Shown: one piece after another, positions 28,261-39,049 of the stretch
Position numbering within the stretch: the stretch's first letter is position 1
Layout of the letters: each line of letters starts with the position of its first letter
Source of the DNA: Mariniblastus sp.
GTDB lineage: Bacteria; Planctomycetota; Planctomycetia; Pirellulales; Pirellulaceae
Direction: 5' to 3'
NCBI GenBank assembly: GCA_965250075.1
Contig: CBDFNH010000007.1
Coordinates: 554,709-618,708 of the forward strand
DNA length: 64,000 nucleotides
Notes under the pieces: model-generated
What the model was told of the DNA's origin: nothing
Database searches by the model: none
The model's input: the letters and a program-made list of their open reading frames with translations, nothing else
Position numbers and translations under genes: made by a program

Positions 28261-28327
28261 CGATTCAGGCATGGGCGATTCAGGCATGGGCGATTCAGGC
28301 ATGGGCGATTCAGGCATGGGCGATTCA
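28261..28327. repeat. 15-bp tandem repeat CGATTCAGGCATGGG x4.5
   Basis: Perfect copies at 28261, 28276, 28291 and 28306, plus a partial copy at 28321-28327. Lies 50-115 nt upstream of the EF-hand gene start. Confidence 0.95.
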
Positions 28328-28376
28328 ATAGTCCGCATGCCACGATCTTTCCTCAACAAGAGTGAATACAGGTGCA

Positions 28377-29489
28377 ATGATTTCTCTGCGAACCATTTTG
28401 ATCGCGACTGTTGCAGTTTGTGCCACTCGATTCGTATCCGATTCAAACGCTCAAGGGCAGGTCATCAAGCAGATTCTGAGACAGATGGATCAGGATCAAA
28501 ATGGCTATATCAATCCTCAAGACGAAATGACGCCGCGATTGGCAACCCTGGTCAGGCGATACGGTTACAACCCGGAGGAATATGTTGAAATCGACTCACT
28601 GATTAGCACGATCGATGAACGCAATGCAGGCCGCAGCACTCCTGTAGGCCTGAGAAAAGTTCCCGGTTTTGGAAACGGGAATGATGGAGATACGATCGAT
28701 ACTCCCGGATTCGGACCGCCTGTCGAAAATACTGAACTGTCAAACGAAGAGCTCTACGCGACCTACAGTGAAAGTGTCATGGAACAGGTTGAAGACGTGA
28801 TGGGTAGATACGATGGAGACGGCAACCAGATCATTGACACCAATGAGAAGGAGGGTGGCCGCTGGCGCAATCCCCGGTTTGATCAAAGTGATCTCGATGG
28901 CGACGGTGGATTGTCAAGAACCGAATTAGCCAAACGTTACCATTCAAGAGAATCTACAGCGGAACGGAACAACACAGGCGAAAACAGTGAGGAACCGCGA
29001 GAGGAAGAGAATGATGACAATCGGCGCGGGCGGCGGCAGCGTGACCGGAATTCGCCCGGTTCGGGACAGGACATTGAAGAAAGATCACAACGTTATGTTG
29101 ACGGGATCTTTGAACGATACGACGCTGACGGAGACGGAACAATTGATGCGGAAGAAAAACGAAAAATGCGGCGCGCGCCTGACGGTGCGGATGCGGACGG
29201 TGACGGAAATTTGACTCGCGATGAACTGCTGGAATTTTCCAGAACCGGCCGGTCGCAATCGGGAAGCCGTGGTCGGGGCAGCGCAGAACGATTGGCATCA
29301 GGAGAACAAAACCGGACTCGCGAACGGGGCTCGCCTCCGTTCGCCGAATACGACACGAACGATGATGGACAAATTCAGATGAATGAATTTTCCGATACGT
29401 GGGACAGCACGATTTTTCAACAGTTTCAATCGCGGGACCTCAATGGCGACGGCTTGATCACAGCAGAAGAATGGACTGGCTCACGCTGA
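28377..29489 (+). CDS. secreted multi-EF-hand calcium-binding protein (paralog 1)
   Basis: ATG at 28377 (MISLRTILIATVAVCATRFVSDSNAQG signal peptide). EF loops DQDQNGYINPQD, DGDGNQIID, DLDGDGGLSRTEL, DADGDGTIDAEE, DTNDDGQIQMNEF, DLNGDGLITAEEW. Confidence 0.85.
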   Translation: MISLRTILIATVAVCATRFVSDSNAQGQVIKQILRQMDQDQNGYINPQDEMTPRLATLVRRYGYNPEEYVEIDSLISTIDERNAGRSTPVGLRKVPGFGNGNDGDTIDTPGFGPPVENTELSNEELYATYSESVMEQVEDVMGRYDGDGNQIIDTNEKEGGRWRNPRFDQSDLDGDGGLSRTELAKRYHSRESTAERNNTGENSEEPREEENDDNRRGRRQRDRNSPGSGQDIEERSQRYVDGIFERYDADGDGTIDAEEKRKMRRAPDGADADGDGNLTRDELLEFSRTGRSQSGSRGRGSAERLASGEQNRTRERGSPPFAEYDTNDDGQIQMNEFSDTWDSTIFQQFQSRDLNGDGLITAEEWTGSR

Positions 29490-29584
29490 GTACCGATAGA
29501 TGTTTGCGAGACCGGTTGCGACTCGTCAAACTCAACACCGGCCAAACTCAAGATAGCGCCTACCGAATCTCCTCAGACAACGAT

Positions 29585-30778
29585 ATGCCACGGACACTCA
29601 TGAAATTACCCTGCCTCATCCCGTTACTGAGCATCGTGATGTTGGCACTCAACGTTTCGATCAGTGAACCGGTCGCTGCCCAGGGACAGTCACAACTGGA
29701 AGCAATGTTGCACCGGCTCGACACCGGTCGGGATGGCGATCTCGACCCGAACGAAATGGTCGGCGGCACGCGCGAATGGGTACAGTCGCTCGGGTTTGAT
29801 CCGGAACAGTACTACGACATCGACGTTTTGCTGGAAGCCCATCGAACCCGCGGACATGCCGTGTTGCGAGGTCCATTGGTCAGGAAAGTCCCCGGCTTTG
29901 GAAACGGAAATGACGGTGACGCGATTAACACGCCCGGATTCGGAGCCAACAGCAGTTTTGTCGAACTCAGCTATGACCAGCTTGCGGAAAAGTATGGTGA
30001 GTCGGTGATGGAGCAAGTCAACCGCGTGCTTTCCAACTATGACGGTGACGGCAACGAAATTCTCGACCCTCAGGAAATTGAGAATACGACATGGGGCAAA
30101 CCACTGCCCTCGGTGAGCGATGTTAATCGAGACAGTTCTCTGTCTCGAACCGAATTGGCACTAAGATACTTCGCACGCGACAAAGCCACTAAAAGCGGCC
30201 GGCGTAACCAGGCTGCCGACGTTGCAGCAGGAGAAAACGGGGAGGAACCAGAGCCGCAAGTGCGAGCGAGAGACATGAACCGGCCAAACAACACACGCGT
30301 TTCCGGCGGCGCGTCAAGTGAGGGCGGCAGATCGAGCGGGAACTCCGGATTCAGCCCGGAACAAAACAAAGCCCGTTACGACAAATTCGTAGAAAGCGTC
30401 ATGGGCAAATACGACAAGAATGAAGACTTTTACATTGATCAGGAAGAGCGCGAGTCGATGCGCAATCCTCCCGAAGGCGCCGATGCCGATGAAGACGGGC
30501 GTTATTCTAGAGAAGAGCTGTTCAATCACTATGCCCAACAGGACAGCAGTGTAAATCAATCCGGCGACGAGGCGGACAATGGTGGTCGCCGACGGGATCG
30601 GGACCGGCGCGGCTCGCGACGGTCAGGAAGCCTTGCTGATCTGGACACCAACAACGACGGACAGATTCAAATGAACGAGTTTTCTGAAACGTGGGACAGC
30701 GTTATTTACACGCAGTTCCTCGAAAAGGACACCAATCAGGACGGCGTCATCACCGCTGCGGAATGGTCAGGCGGCTAG
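29585..30778 (+). CDS. secreted multi-EF-hand calcium-binding protein (paralog 2)
   Basis: ATG at 29585 (MPRTLMKLPCLIPLLSIVMLALNV...AAQG). Collinear with paralog 1: VPGFGNGNDGD.I.TPGFG, YGESVMEQV, YDGDGNEILD, DTNNDGQIQMNEFSETWDS, DGVITAAEW. Confidence 0.85.
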   Translation: MPRTLMKLPCLIPLLSIVMLALNVSISEPVAAQGQSQLEAMLHRLDTGRDGDLDPNEMVGGTREWVQSLGFDPEQYYDIDVLLEAHRTRGHAVLRGPLVRKVPGFGNGNDGDAINTPGFGANSSFVELSYDQLAEKYGESVMEQVNRVLSNYDGDGNEILDPQEIENTTWGKPLPSVSDVNRDSSLSRTELALRYFARDKATKSGRRNQAADVAAGENGEEPEPQVRARDMNRPNNTRVSGGASSEGGRSSGNSGFSPEQNKARYDKFVESVMGKYDKNEDFYIDQEERESMRNPPEGADADEDGRYSREELFNHYAQQDSSVNQSGDEADNGGRRRDRDRRGSRRSGSLADLDTNNDGQIQMNEFSETWDSVIYTQFLEKDTNQDGVITAAEWSGG

Positions 30779-30798
30779 CGGTTTGTAGAGCTGCGCCC

Positions 30799-30832
30799 AT
30801 CAACCAAACGCGGCGAGCGCCGTTCGGTTGAT
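30799..30832 (+). terminator. possible terminator hairpin without a clear U tract
   Basis: ATCAACCAAACG / CGTTCGGTTGAT, a 12-bp stem with 1 mismatch and a 10-nt loop, 21 nt after the stop at 30778. Confidence 0.35.
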
Positions 30833-30983
30833 ATCAGCCGATGGCGGCGATAGCCCCGGTTTTTTCCTCGCGCTTTATCCGTACGAGTCCTCCCGTGTCA
30901 TCCAGGCACCGAATCCCCGATGTCCACAGGGGAGTCGTTTACTCACGTTTGTGATAAGATGCGGGTTTCGTCTTTCGTTTTCG

Positions 30984-31592
30984 ATGCCCAATCCGACCCG
31001 CGTGATGTCTCATCGTCCGACCGATACTGCTGACTCTGATCGTACTGCGCCCGCGCGGGCTTTGGGGCCGGACGATTCAGAGTCAGAAGATTCTGTCCGG
31101 GACTCTTTTGACTTCTCGGCAGAAAATCTTGAGCAAGACAAAAACAGCGATCCGCCTGGTCTGAAAGATAGCCTCGCAACAGTATCAGAAGACGAATCGG
31201 GCTGGGTCTACCGCTACCAGTTGTTGATCCGCAAGAGCGATCAACTGGTTGTTTTTCTGCTCACCGCAGTTTCCCTGGCCGGAATGATTTTCTATTTCTT
31301 GTACCGAAACCATGTCGAAAACGGACTGATCGAAATCGACCGGAGCGGACGGATTTCTGCCGCCGTCTATCAGGTCGATATCAACAGCGCCGACTGGCCG
31401 GAATTCGACAATCTTCCCGGCATCGGAACTGCGATGGCTAAAACCATCGTCCAGTTTCGCGAAACGCATGGACCGTTCCGTTCACACGACCAACTGGGTT
31501 TGATCGACGGGATTGGGGCAACGACGATCGAAAAACTGGAACCGCATCTGGCACCGGTCAAACAATCGAATAACGCGCCGGCAGATAATTGA
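30984..31592 (+). CDS. comEA: ComEA-family helix-hairpin-helix DNA-binding protein, membrane anchored
   Basis: ATG at 30984. TM LVVFLLTAVSLAGMIFYFL. HhH region DINSADWPEFDNLPGIGTAMAKTIVQFRETHGPFRSHDQLGLIDGIGATTIEKL. Confidence 0.75.
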   Translation: MPNPTRVMSHRPTDTADSDRTAPARALGPDDSESEDSVRDSFDFSAENLEQDKNSDPPGLKDSLATVSEDESGWVYRYQLLIRKSDQLVVFLLTAVSLAGMIFYFLYRNHVENGLIEIDRSGRISAAVYQVDINSADWPEFDNLPGIGTAMAKTIVQFRETHGPFRSHDQLGLIDGIGATTIEKLEPHLAPVKQSNNAPADN

Positions 31593-31649
31593 TAGAACGG
31601 CAAATCGGTAGCCGGCAACAATACTCCTCAACACCCGATCCGACCGTCA

Positions 31650-33716
31650 ATGTTCAAACTTCGCGCACCTTTCGAACCGGCCGGTGACCAGCCGCAGGCA
31701 ATCGAAAAAATTGTCGATGGACTAAAATCCGGCACAAAACACCAGACGCTTCTGGGCGTGACAGGCTCCGGAAAGACGTTCACCGTTGCCAGCGTGATCG
31801 AGCAGATTCAGATGCCAACGCTGGTGATTTCTCATAACAAAACGCTGGCCGCACAGCTTTACGCAGAGTTCAAGGAGTTCTTTCCGCACAACGCCGTCCA
31901 CTACTTCGTCAGCTACTATGACTACTATCAGCCCGAAGCCTACATCCCGGCTCGCGATATCTACATCGAAAAAGACGCCTCAATCAATGAGGAGATCGAC
32001 CGGTTGCGGCTCGCATCCACCAGTTCACTCGTCAGCCGTAACGATGTAATCATCATTGCCAGTGTCTCCGCGATTTACGGACTCGGATCGCCCGACGACT
32101 ATAAAAAAATGGTCGTTGCGATGAAGAAAGGCCAGACCATCGACCGTGACGAAATGCTGGGCAAACTGGTCGATATTCAATACCAGCGAAACGATGTCGC
32201 GTTCGAGCGGACGAAATTCAGGGTGCGCGGCGACACCGTCGAGATCTGGCCATCCTATGAAGAATACGCATACCGGATCGAGTTCTGGGGCGACGAGATC
32301 GAGCAACTGGCGATCATCAATCCGCTGACCGGCGAAACGATTTCGCCGCAGGACCAGCTGTACATCTATCCGGCAAAGCACTTTGTCACTTCCGAAGCCC
32401 GGATTAAGAATGCAATCGGCGAGATCAAAGTAGAGCTGGCTGACCGGCTGGAGCATTTTCGTGAAAACGGAAAACTGCTCGAAGCACAGCGGCTCAACGC
32501 GCGCACCCGATTTGATATTGAAATGCTACAGCACGTCGGCCATTGTCCCGGAATCGAGAATTACAGCCGGATCCTGGCAGGGCGAAAAGAAGGTGAAACG
32601 CCTGAGTCCCTCTATAACTTTTATCCGGACGAATTCCTGCTGATCATTGACGAATCGCATGTGACGATTCCCCAGGTCGGCGCGATGTACGCAGGTGATC
32701 GCAGCCGCAAGACCACGCTGGTCGAACACGGGTTCCGCCTGCCAAGTGCGCTTGATAACCGGCCGATGAAGTTTGAGGAATGGGAAAACCGGATTCATCA
32801 GGTCGTCTACGTCTCCGCGACGCCGAACGACTACGAGCTGGAAAAAACCGGCGGCGAAGTGGTCGAACAGCTGATTCGCCCGACCGGTTTGCTCGATCCG
32901 GAAATCCAAGTCGTCCCTGCCCGGGGACAGGTCGCGCATTTGCTGGAGCAGATCATCGAGCGCCGTGATATGGGTGACCGCGTACTCGTCACGGCGTTGA
33001 CGAAAAAACTGGCGGAAGACCTTGCCGCTTATCTTTCCAGGAACGGCGTTGCCACCAAATGGATGCACAGCGAACTCAACGCGTTCGAACGGGTTGAACA
33101 TCTGCGTGATTTGCGAGCTGGAAAATTTGACTGTTTGGTTGGCGTGAACCTGTTGCGAGAAGGTCTGGACTTGCCTGAGGTATCCCTGGTTGCGATTCTG
33201 GACGCCGACAAGCAGGGCTTCCTGCGCAGCGAGACATCGCTCATTCAAACGATTGGTCGTTCAGCCCGGAATGTGAACGCAAAAGTCATTTTGTACGGCG
33301 ACAAAATGACGGCTGCGATGAAGAACGCGATTCAGGAAACGGGCCGACGCCGCGCGTTGCAGGCTGAGTTCAACCGCCAGAACAACATCACGCCTCACAC
33401 CGTGGTTCGCGAAGTCAGCGCCAGTATCGAATCGGATTTGAAATCACACCGCGACGCCAACAAGGCGCTCGAGGCGGCATCGGCGACGGAGTATGTGACC
33501 GAGGAGTTTATCGCGAGTCTGCAAAAAGAAATGCTGGAGGCTGCCGAGGAACTGGACTTTGAACGCGCCGCGCGGCTTCGCGACCGCGTATCGCAGATGT
33601 CGGGCATGATCGGCGAACCGATGCCGAAAGCAGACGCTGCGAAAAAAGGCGGGCGCAAGGGCCGGCGCGGACGCCGTAAAGGTGCGAAGGTGCCGCGACC
33701 AAAACGCCAGGACTAG
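31650..33716 (+). CDS. uvrB: excinuclease ABC subunit B
   Basis: 688 aa. GVTGSGKTFT Walker A, YYDYYQPEAY, DESH, helicase C motifs, C-terminal UVR domain (EELDFERAARLRDRV). Confidence 0.97.
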   Translation: MFKLRAPFEPAGDQPQAIEKIVDGLKSGTKHQTLLGVTGSGKTFTVASVIEQIQMPTLVISHNKTLAAQLYAEFKEFFPHNAVHYFVSYYDYYQPEAYIPARDIYIEKDASINEEIDRLRLASTSSLVSRNDVIIIASVSAIYGLGSPDDYKKMVVAMKKGQTIDRDEMLGKLVDIQYQRNDVAFERTKFRVRGDTVEIWPSYEEYAYRIEFWGDEIEQLAIINPLTGETISPQDQLYIYPAKHFVTSEARIKNAIGEIKVELADRLEHFRENGKLLEAQRLNARTRFDIEMLQHVGHCPGIENYSRILAGRKEGETPESLYNFYPDEFLLIIDESHVTIPQVGAMYAGDRSRKTTLVEHGFRLPSALDNRPMKFEEWENRIHQVVYVSATPNDYELEKTGGEVVEQLIRPTGLLDPEIQVVPARGQVAHLLEQIIERRDMGDRVLVTALTKKLAEDLAAYLSRNGVATKWMHSELNAFERVEHLRDLRAGKFDCLVGVNLLREGLDLPEVSLVAILDADKQGFLRSETSLIQTIGRSARNVNAKVILYGDKMTAAMKNAIQETGRRRALQAEFNRQNNITPHTVVREVSASIESDLKSHRDANKALEAASATEYVTEEFIASLQKEMLEAAEELDFERAARLRDRVSQMSGMIGEPMPKADAAKKGGRKGRRGRRKGAKVPRPKRQD

Positions 33717-33801
33717 TGGCCTAAACATCGCTAGCTGTACTGCGTTAGCCCAGTACTGGTGGACTCCGTCGGAATATTTAAGATCCGTACAGGAGGATGC
33801 T

Positions 33802-34068
33802 ATGAATACGAAAGTCAAACCGAAACGTCGAACGTTCAAGGAGGATTTTAAGCGGGAAGCGGTGAATCTGATCGTGACCGAAGGCTACTCGTTCAAGGCG
33901 GCAGCGGAGGCCGTGAATGTAACTGAGAACAGCCTTCGGAACTGGCACCGCAAGTTTGCCCCAGTCTTCAATCTGCATGTCAAACTGATGTTCGGTTGGA
34001 CTAGCCGTTTGCGCGACGATTTGGCCGCAAAAGTTCGATACGGCGATGACCAGGATCGCGACCGTTAG
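33802..34068 (+). pseudogene. IS3-family transposase OrfA remnant
   Basis: AGGAGG then ATG at 33802. MNTKVKPKRRTFKEDFKREAVNLIVTEGYSFKAAAEAVNVTENSLRNWHRKFAP is the IS3/IS911 HTH. The C-terminal part is unrelated and no OrfB follows in this orientation. Confidence 0.7.
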
Positions 34069-34356
34069 AGCTGTCGCAAGTTCTCGAGTGAAAACAGCCT
34101 TTATTGATCATTTTGAGTTGCACTGGAATCTCCTTCGTCTTGGAAAGGCCATCGGGCAAGCCGTATCAGCCGAGAACTCATCAATCGTGCCAACGAAACG
34201 CTCATTCGCACTCCCATGTGGAATGAGATGCCTCCCTGAGTCTTGCCGGTTCAGGTGATACATCTCATTTGACCACCGTATGGACTCTGGGGCAAGGTAA
34301 ACGTTCAGCGACCTGAACTGGCATTCCTTTAATTGCTGAGACTTCGTAATTGTCAC
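34050..34356 (-). pseudogene. IS3-family transposase OrfB (rve integrase) C-terminal remnant, frameshifted
   Basis: Minus strand reads ...IRWSNEMYHL...SANERFVGTIDEFS...AFPRRRR, then in a shifted frame ...NDQ*RLFSLENLRQL. This resembles ...NAxxESFFxTLK...YNxxRLHSSLGYLxP. Orientation is opposite to the OrfA remnant. Confidence 0.4.
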
Positions 34357-34544
34357 GGATCATGGCAACGACCGTTACGCAACCGAATATCGACACCGAC
34401 TTCCTCAGCAAATTCCTTGCTGGCCAGACTTAGGAATTCGGTTCTAAAGTCCGCGTGATCTTTTCACGTTTCCGAACAACAATAGATTCTCATCATCTTA
34501 CCCTGCTACAATTGGCGCGGGTCATACAGAACAGGAGATAGAGA

Positions 34545-34769
34545 ATGAGCACCGTAACTCTTCAACTTGAATTGCCTGACGACCGGGCCGATTTCAGTCT
34601 ACCACCCGCGTTGGAATCTCGACTCTCCAAACTACTTGACCAGCAGGACAAGGCTGGAGCATTGGACGAGTCAGACCGACTCGAAGCTGAAGCACTTTGT
34701 GAGTTGATCGACATGTTAGCGTTGTTGAAATTGCGAGCAGAACGCTCTTCTGGTCAGAAATACAAATGA
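34545..34769 (+). CDS. small acidic protein (74 aa), translationally coupled partner of the HNH gene
   Basis: AGGAG 8 nt upstream of the ATG at 34545. The stop overlaps the next ATG (ATGA at 34766-34769). Helical, acidic (LDESDRLEAEALCELIDMLALLKLRAE). Confidence 0.55.
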   Translation: MSTVTLQLELPDDRADFSLPPALESRLSKLLDQQDKAGALDESDRLEAEALCELIDMLALLKLRAERSSGQKYK

Positions 34770-35184
34770 GTTCCCGCATTCCGTCTAGCCTGGCCGGCGC
34801 AGTGCGGCACGAACCTGCGAGATCCGTGAATATTGCATGCTGCCGCAAAACAGTCAAGAAGCGACGTTTCATATCGATCACATCAAGCCTCGATTCGAGG
34901 GCGGTGCGACTGAAGCCAGCAATCTGGCATTGGCATGTGTTACATGTTCTCTCCGAAAAGCCGCGTGACTTGGAGCGAACGATCCGGTCAACGGAGAATT
35001 CGTTCCGCTTTTTCATCCTCGAAGAGATATTTGGTCAGAGCATTTCTTGTTGACTGATGAATTCCTGATCGAAGGTCTGACAGCAACGGGTCGGGCGACA
35101 TCGGAAGCGTTGCGAATGAACCGGACGATAATCGTATCCATTCAAAAAGAACTGAACATCCTCGGACGATTCCCGCCAACCTAA
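34766..35184 (+). pseudogene. HNH endonuclease, disrupted by one frameshift (~34810) and one in-frame TGA (34966-34968)
   Basis: Frame 2 reads MSSRIPSSLAGAVRHE. Frame 1 reads TCEIREYCMLPQNSQEATFHIDHIKPRFEGGATEASNLALACVTCSLRKAA*LGANDPVNGEFVPLFHPRRDIWSEHF...GLTATGRATSEALRMNR, ending at TAA 35182. Confidence 0.8.
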
Positions 35185-35209
35185 CCCCTGGCATTCAAGG
35201 ATAATTTGG

Positions 35210-36456
<1,247 letters not shown>

Positions 36457-36708
36457 CGGCAATCCGGGAGCCAAAGCTCCCGCCAAAGCAGCACGCCGCC
36501 AGCGAGGACCCAACTCGAATGGAGCCGGAGCCTGGCGAAACCGGCCAGGACAAATCAGTCAGCATGGCCGAAACAAACGGTCTGTTTGATCCCGAAGCTG
36601 CACTCGCCGGACTTGGGAACAACTCGAACAATTCCTCTCAATATTACGCAGCTATCTCGACGACCGGTGAATTTTCCTATGCGTGCAAAATCCGTGGCCT
36701 ACGACCGG

Positions 36709-37266
36709 TCACCAAGGATCTGACGTGCCGCCAGTTTCCCTGGGCCGCCGATCACGCAGCCGTTCCATGTCCAGCGGTGTGACGACTTCGCGATGCAAAA
36801 TCAAATTGGCAAAACCGGGAAAAAACTTTTCCAGTGTGGCCTGAACAACATCACCAAGATTTTCCCGTTCATCGTCCCAGTTGCTTTTGGCAAGATGATA
36901 CGGCGCGTACATCACAAAGCAGGACATGATGTGTTTGCCCGGTGGAGTCATGTCCGGATCGATCGTTGACTGCACACAGCAGTCAGGAAACGGACGCCGA
37001 CTGTATCGACCCGCCAGGCAATCCGCAAACGCTTCTTCCAGATAATCGATCGAAGGTCCGACATTGGCAATCGCGATCGGCCGTTTCAAAAGTGACGAGT
37101 ATACGAAACTGCTCACGTATCCGGCGTAATCCCACTCCTTCCCGCCGCGACGATAGATACTCATCGTCGATTCGCGATAGACTCCGTTGAGACGCGGCAT
37201 GATCCCTGCTTCAAGATGAACACGTTCATAGCATGCCAATCGACGGCGAGACCGACCGTTTTCCAT
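36709..37266 (-). pseudogene. FAD-dependent oxidoreductase (phytoene desaturase family), C-terminal fragment only
   Basis: STIDPDMTPPGKHIMSCFVMYAPYHL...NWDDERENLGDVVQATLEKFFPGFANLILHREVVTPLDMER. The N-terminal ~300 aa are missing and the 3' end is frameshifted. Confidence 0.7.
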
Positions 37267-37816
37267 CGACTCGTTTTCCCGGCGATCTCAGTTACGATGG
37301 CACTGCGGCCGATAAAGTCACGACCATCCTTCTTAAGCCCGCGAAACATCCAGCTCCAGCCGAGTTCGATCGGCGTTTCGCGCCGGGCATCGGCCCATGC
37401 GTAACGTGACGAACAGAAGTCGACATCCATTAGCAGCAGGCCGGCTTCGACCCTTGCCATCTTCAACGCTGTCGTTCCGAGCGGCGTAATATTGTGACCT
37501 TCGCCTGCCGACCAGATCGCGTCCCAGACAATTTCCGCATCACCTGACCGGACCCGGATTTCGTAACCAAGATCGCCCGTGAATCCGGTTCGGGAAATCG
37601 TGACGTCACAGCCGTCGACTCTGCATCCGGGCCGGCGAAGCGATACTTAAACAGGGGTGTAGTATCGAGCAATCCGACCGAGTTGCGAACCGAATAGTAC
37701 TCGACCACTCCAGCGTCGAGATACTTTGGCGCGACAAGATATCCTGACCAGTGTTTCCAGATCTTCGTCTGGTTAAGCGGCTCGGTTCGGGAATGGAAAG
37801 GAGCTTGTTCTGGCAT
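37161..37816 (-). pseudogene. aminomethyltransferase (GcvT) family gene, frameshifted and truncated
   Basis: ORF 37463..37816 reads WSGYLVAPKYLDAGVVEYYSVRNSVGLLDTTPLFKYRFAGPDAES, then goes out of frame. ORF 37161..37466 reads EAGLLLMDVDF...PIELGWSWMF...FIGRSAI...WKTVGL. Confidence 0.75.
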
Positions 37817-37876
37817 TTTGTTGAACGATGAGATTGGTTGCGCGGACGTTGATCGCGATTCGCTGCGGTCGATGGA

Positions 37877-37918
37877 GTGAATAACTAATTGTGAATAACA
37901 AATTGTGAATAATTAGTG
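37877..37918. promoter_or_regulatory. AT-rich block, 14-bp period GTGAATAAC(T/A)AATT x3
   Basis: GTGAATAA at 37877, 37891 and 37905. Flanked by inverted CTAATT (37885)/AATTAG (37911). Lies 60-100 nt upstream of the GcvT-like start at 37816. Confidence 0.3.
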
Positions 37919-37950
37919 TACGCGCAAGCGAGGTTCTTAGGGAGTCTCTT

Positions 37951-37995
37951 CACCCTCCCCCTGGGAGGGTCGAGCCTAAGCGAGGGGAGGGTTTG
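37951..37995. repeat. dispersed element GGGAGGGYCGRAGCCTAAGCGA, copy 2, embedded in a palindrome
   Basis: CCCTCCCC (37953-37960) pairs with GGGGAGGG (37984-37991) around TGGGAGGGTCGAGCCTAAGCGA. Confidence 0.6.
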
Positions 37996-38053
37996 ACATC
38001 GCAATCGCACCAATCGCCAAAACGGCCATTCCAACCTTGAGCTTTGATAACCT

Positions 38054-39049
38054 CTAACAACACGCCGACATCTCTTTCAACAAATCCAGCAGGTGATCCG
38101 GAATCGGGCGATGAGTTGCAAACGTCTTTTCGAACGGAGTGCTGATGCAACGATCGTTGTCCGTCCCGATCATCACGCCCGTTTCCCCACGCAGCACCGC
38201 AGCCACCGCGCCGCTGCCCATCTGTGTTGCACGTCTCCTGTCTTCGGGAGTTGGCGCGCCGCCACGCTGGAGATGACCGAGCACAATCGTGCGCGTTGCG
38301 AAAGGGCAATTCTGTTCGATCAACCGCTTCTCGATATCACAAACGCCGCCTTCCTCGTCTCCTTCCGCCACGATCATCAGGATCGATTCTTTTCCACGCT
38401 CTTTCAGTTCGCAAAGGTGAGATACGATTGCTGGAAAATCTGTTTTGGTTTCCGGAATCGCAACCGAATCCGCACCCGCCGCCAACGCTGTGTAGGCTGC
38501 GATGTATCCGCTATGCCGGCCCATCACTTCGACCAGAAACATCCGGTCGTGGCTGGACGCCGTGTCGCGCAGTTTATCAACCGCCTCGACTGCGGTTTGA
38601 ACCGCTGTGGAAAACCCGATCGTGTAGTCGGTCCCGTTCAGATCGTTATCAATCGTGCCCGGACAGCCGACAATCCGGCCGTCCCAGCACTTCGCCAGCG
38701 CGACTGCTCCGTTGAATGTGCCGTCGCCGCCGATCGGAATCAATGCGTCGATGTTGTGCCGATTGAGAATTTCTGCTGCCCGTTGCTGCCCCTCCTCCGA
38801 CCGGAAATCTTCGCTCCGGCTGCTCCGCAAAAAAGCGCCGCCAAAGTTTGACCAGTCTTCAACCCGTTGAAGCGTCATCAAAGGCTGACCATGATGATTA
38901 AGGAAAAAGTCCTCATTCAGCAGGCCCTGATAGCCGCGCCGGATTCCGACAACCTCGTGCCCCGCTTCGATTCCAGCGCGAACCACCGCGCGAACACAGG
39001 CGTTCATGCCCGGGGCATCTCCGCCACTGCAAAAGACTCCAATTCGCAT
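38054..39049 (-). CDS. pfkA: ATP-dependent 6-phosphofructokinase
   Basis: ATG at 39049 (MRIGVFCSGGDAPGMNACVRA) inside TTG-initiated ORF 38054..39154. IGGDGT, PGTIDNDL, MGRHSGY, LGHLQRGG. Confidence 0.93.
   Translation of the reverse strand: MRIGVFCSGGDAPGMNACVRAVVRAGIEAGHEVVGIRRGYQGLLNEDFFLNHHGQPLMTLQRVEDWSNFGGAFLRSSRSEDFRSEEGQQRAAEILNRHNIDALIPIGGDGTFNGAVALAKCWDGRIVGCPGTIDNDLNGTDYTIGFSTAVQTAVEAVDKLRDTASSHDRMFLVEVMGRHSGYIAAYTALAAGADSVAIPETKTDFPAIVSHLCELKERGKESILMIVAEGDEEGGVCDIEKRLIEQNCPFATRTIVLGHLQRGGAPTPEDRRRATQMGSGAVAAVLRGETGVMIGTDNDRCISTPFEKTFATHRPIPDHLLDLLKEMSACC

Noticed and set aside
28271-28588. 105-aa ORF beginning MGDSGMGDSG...
   Set aside because: It is a translation of the 15-bp promoter repeat that continues out of frame over the 5' part of the well-supported EF-hand gene. 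The remainder is Cys/Arg-rich with no motif.
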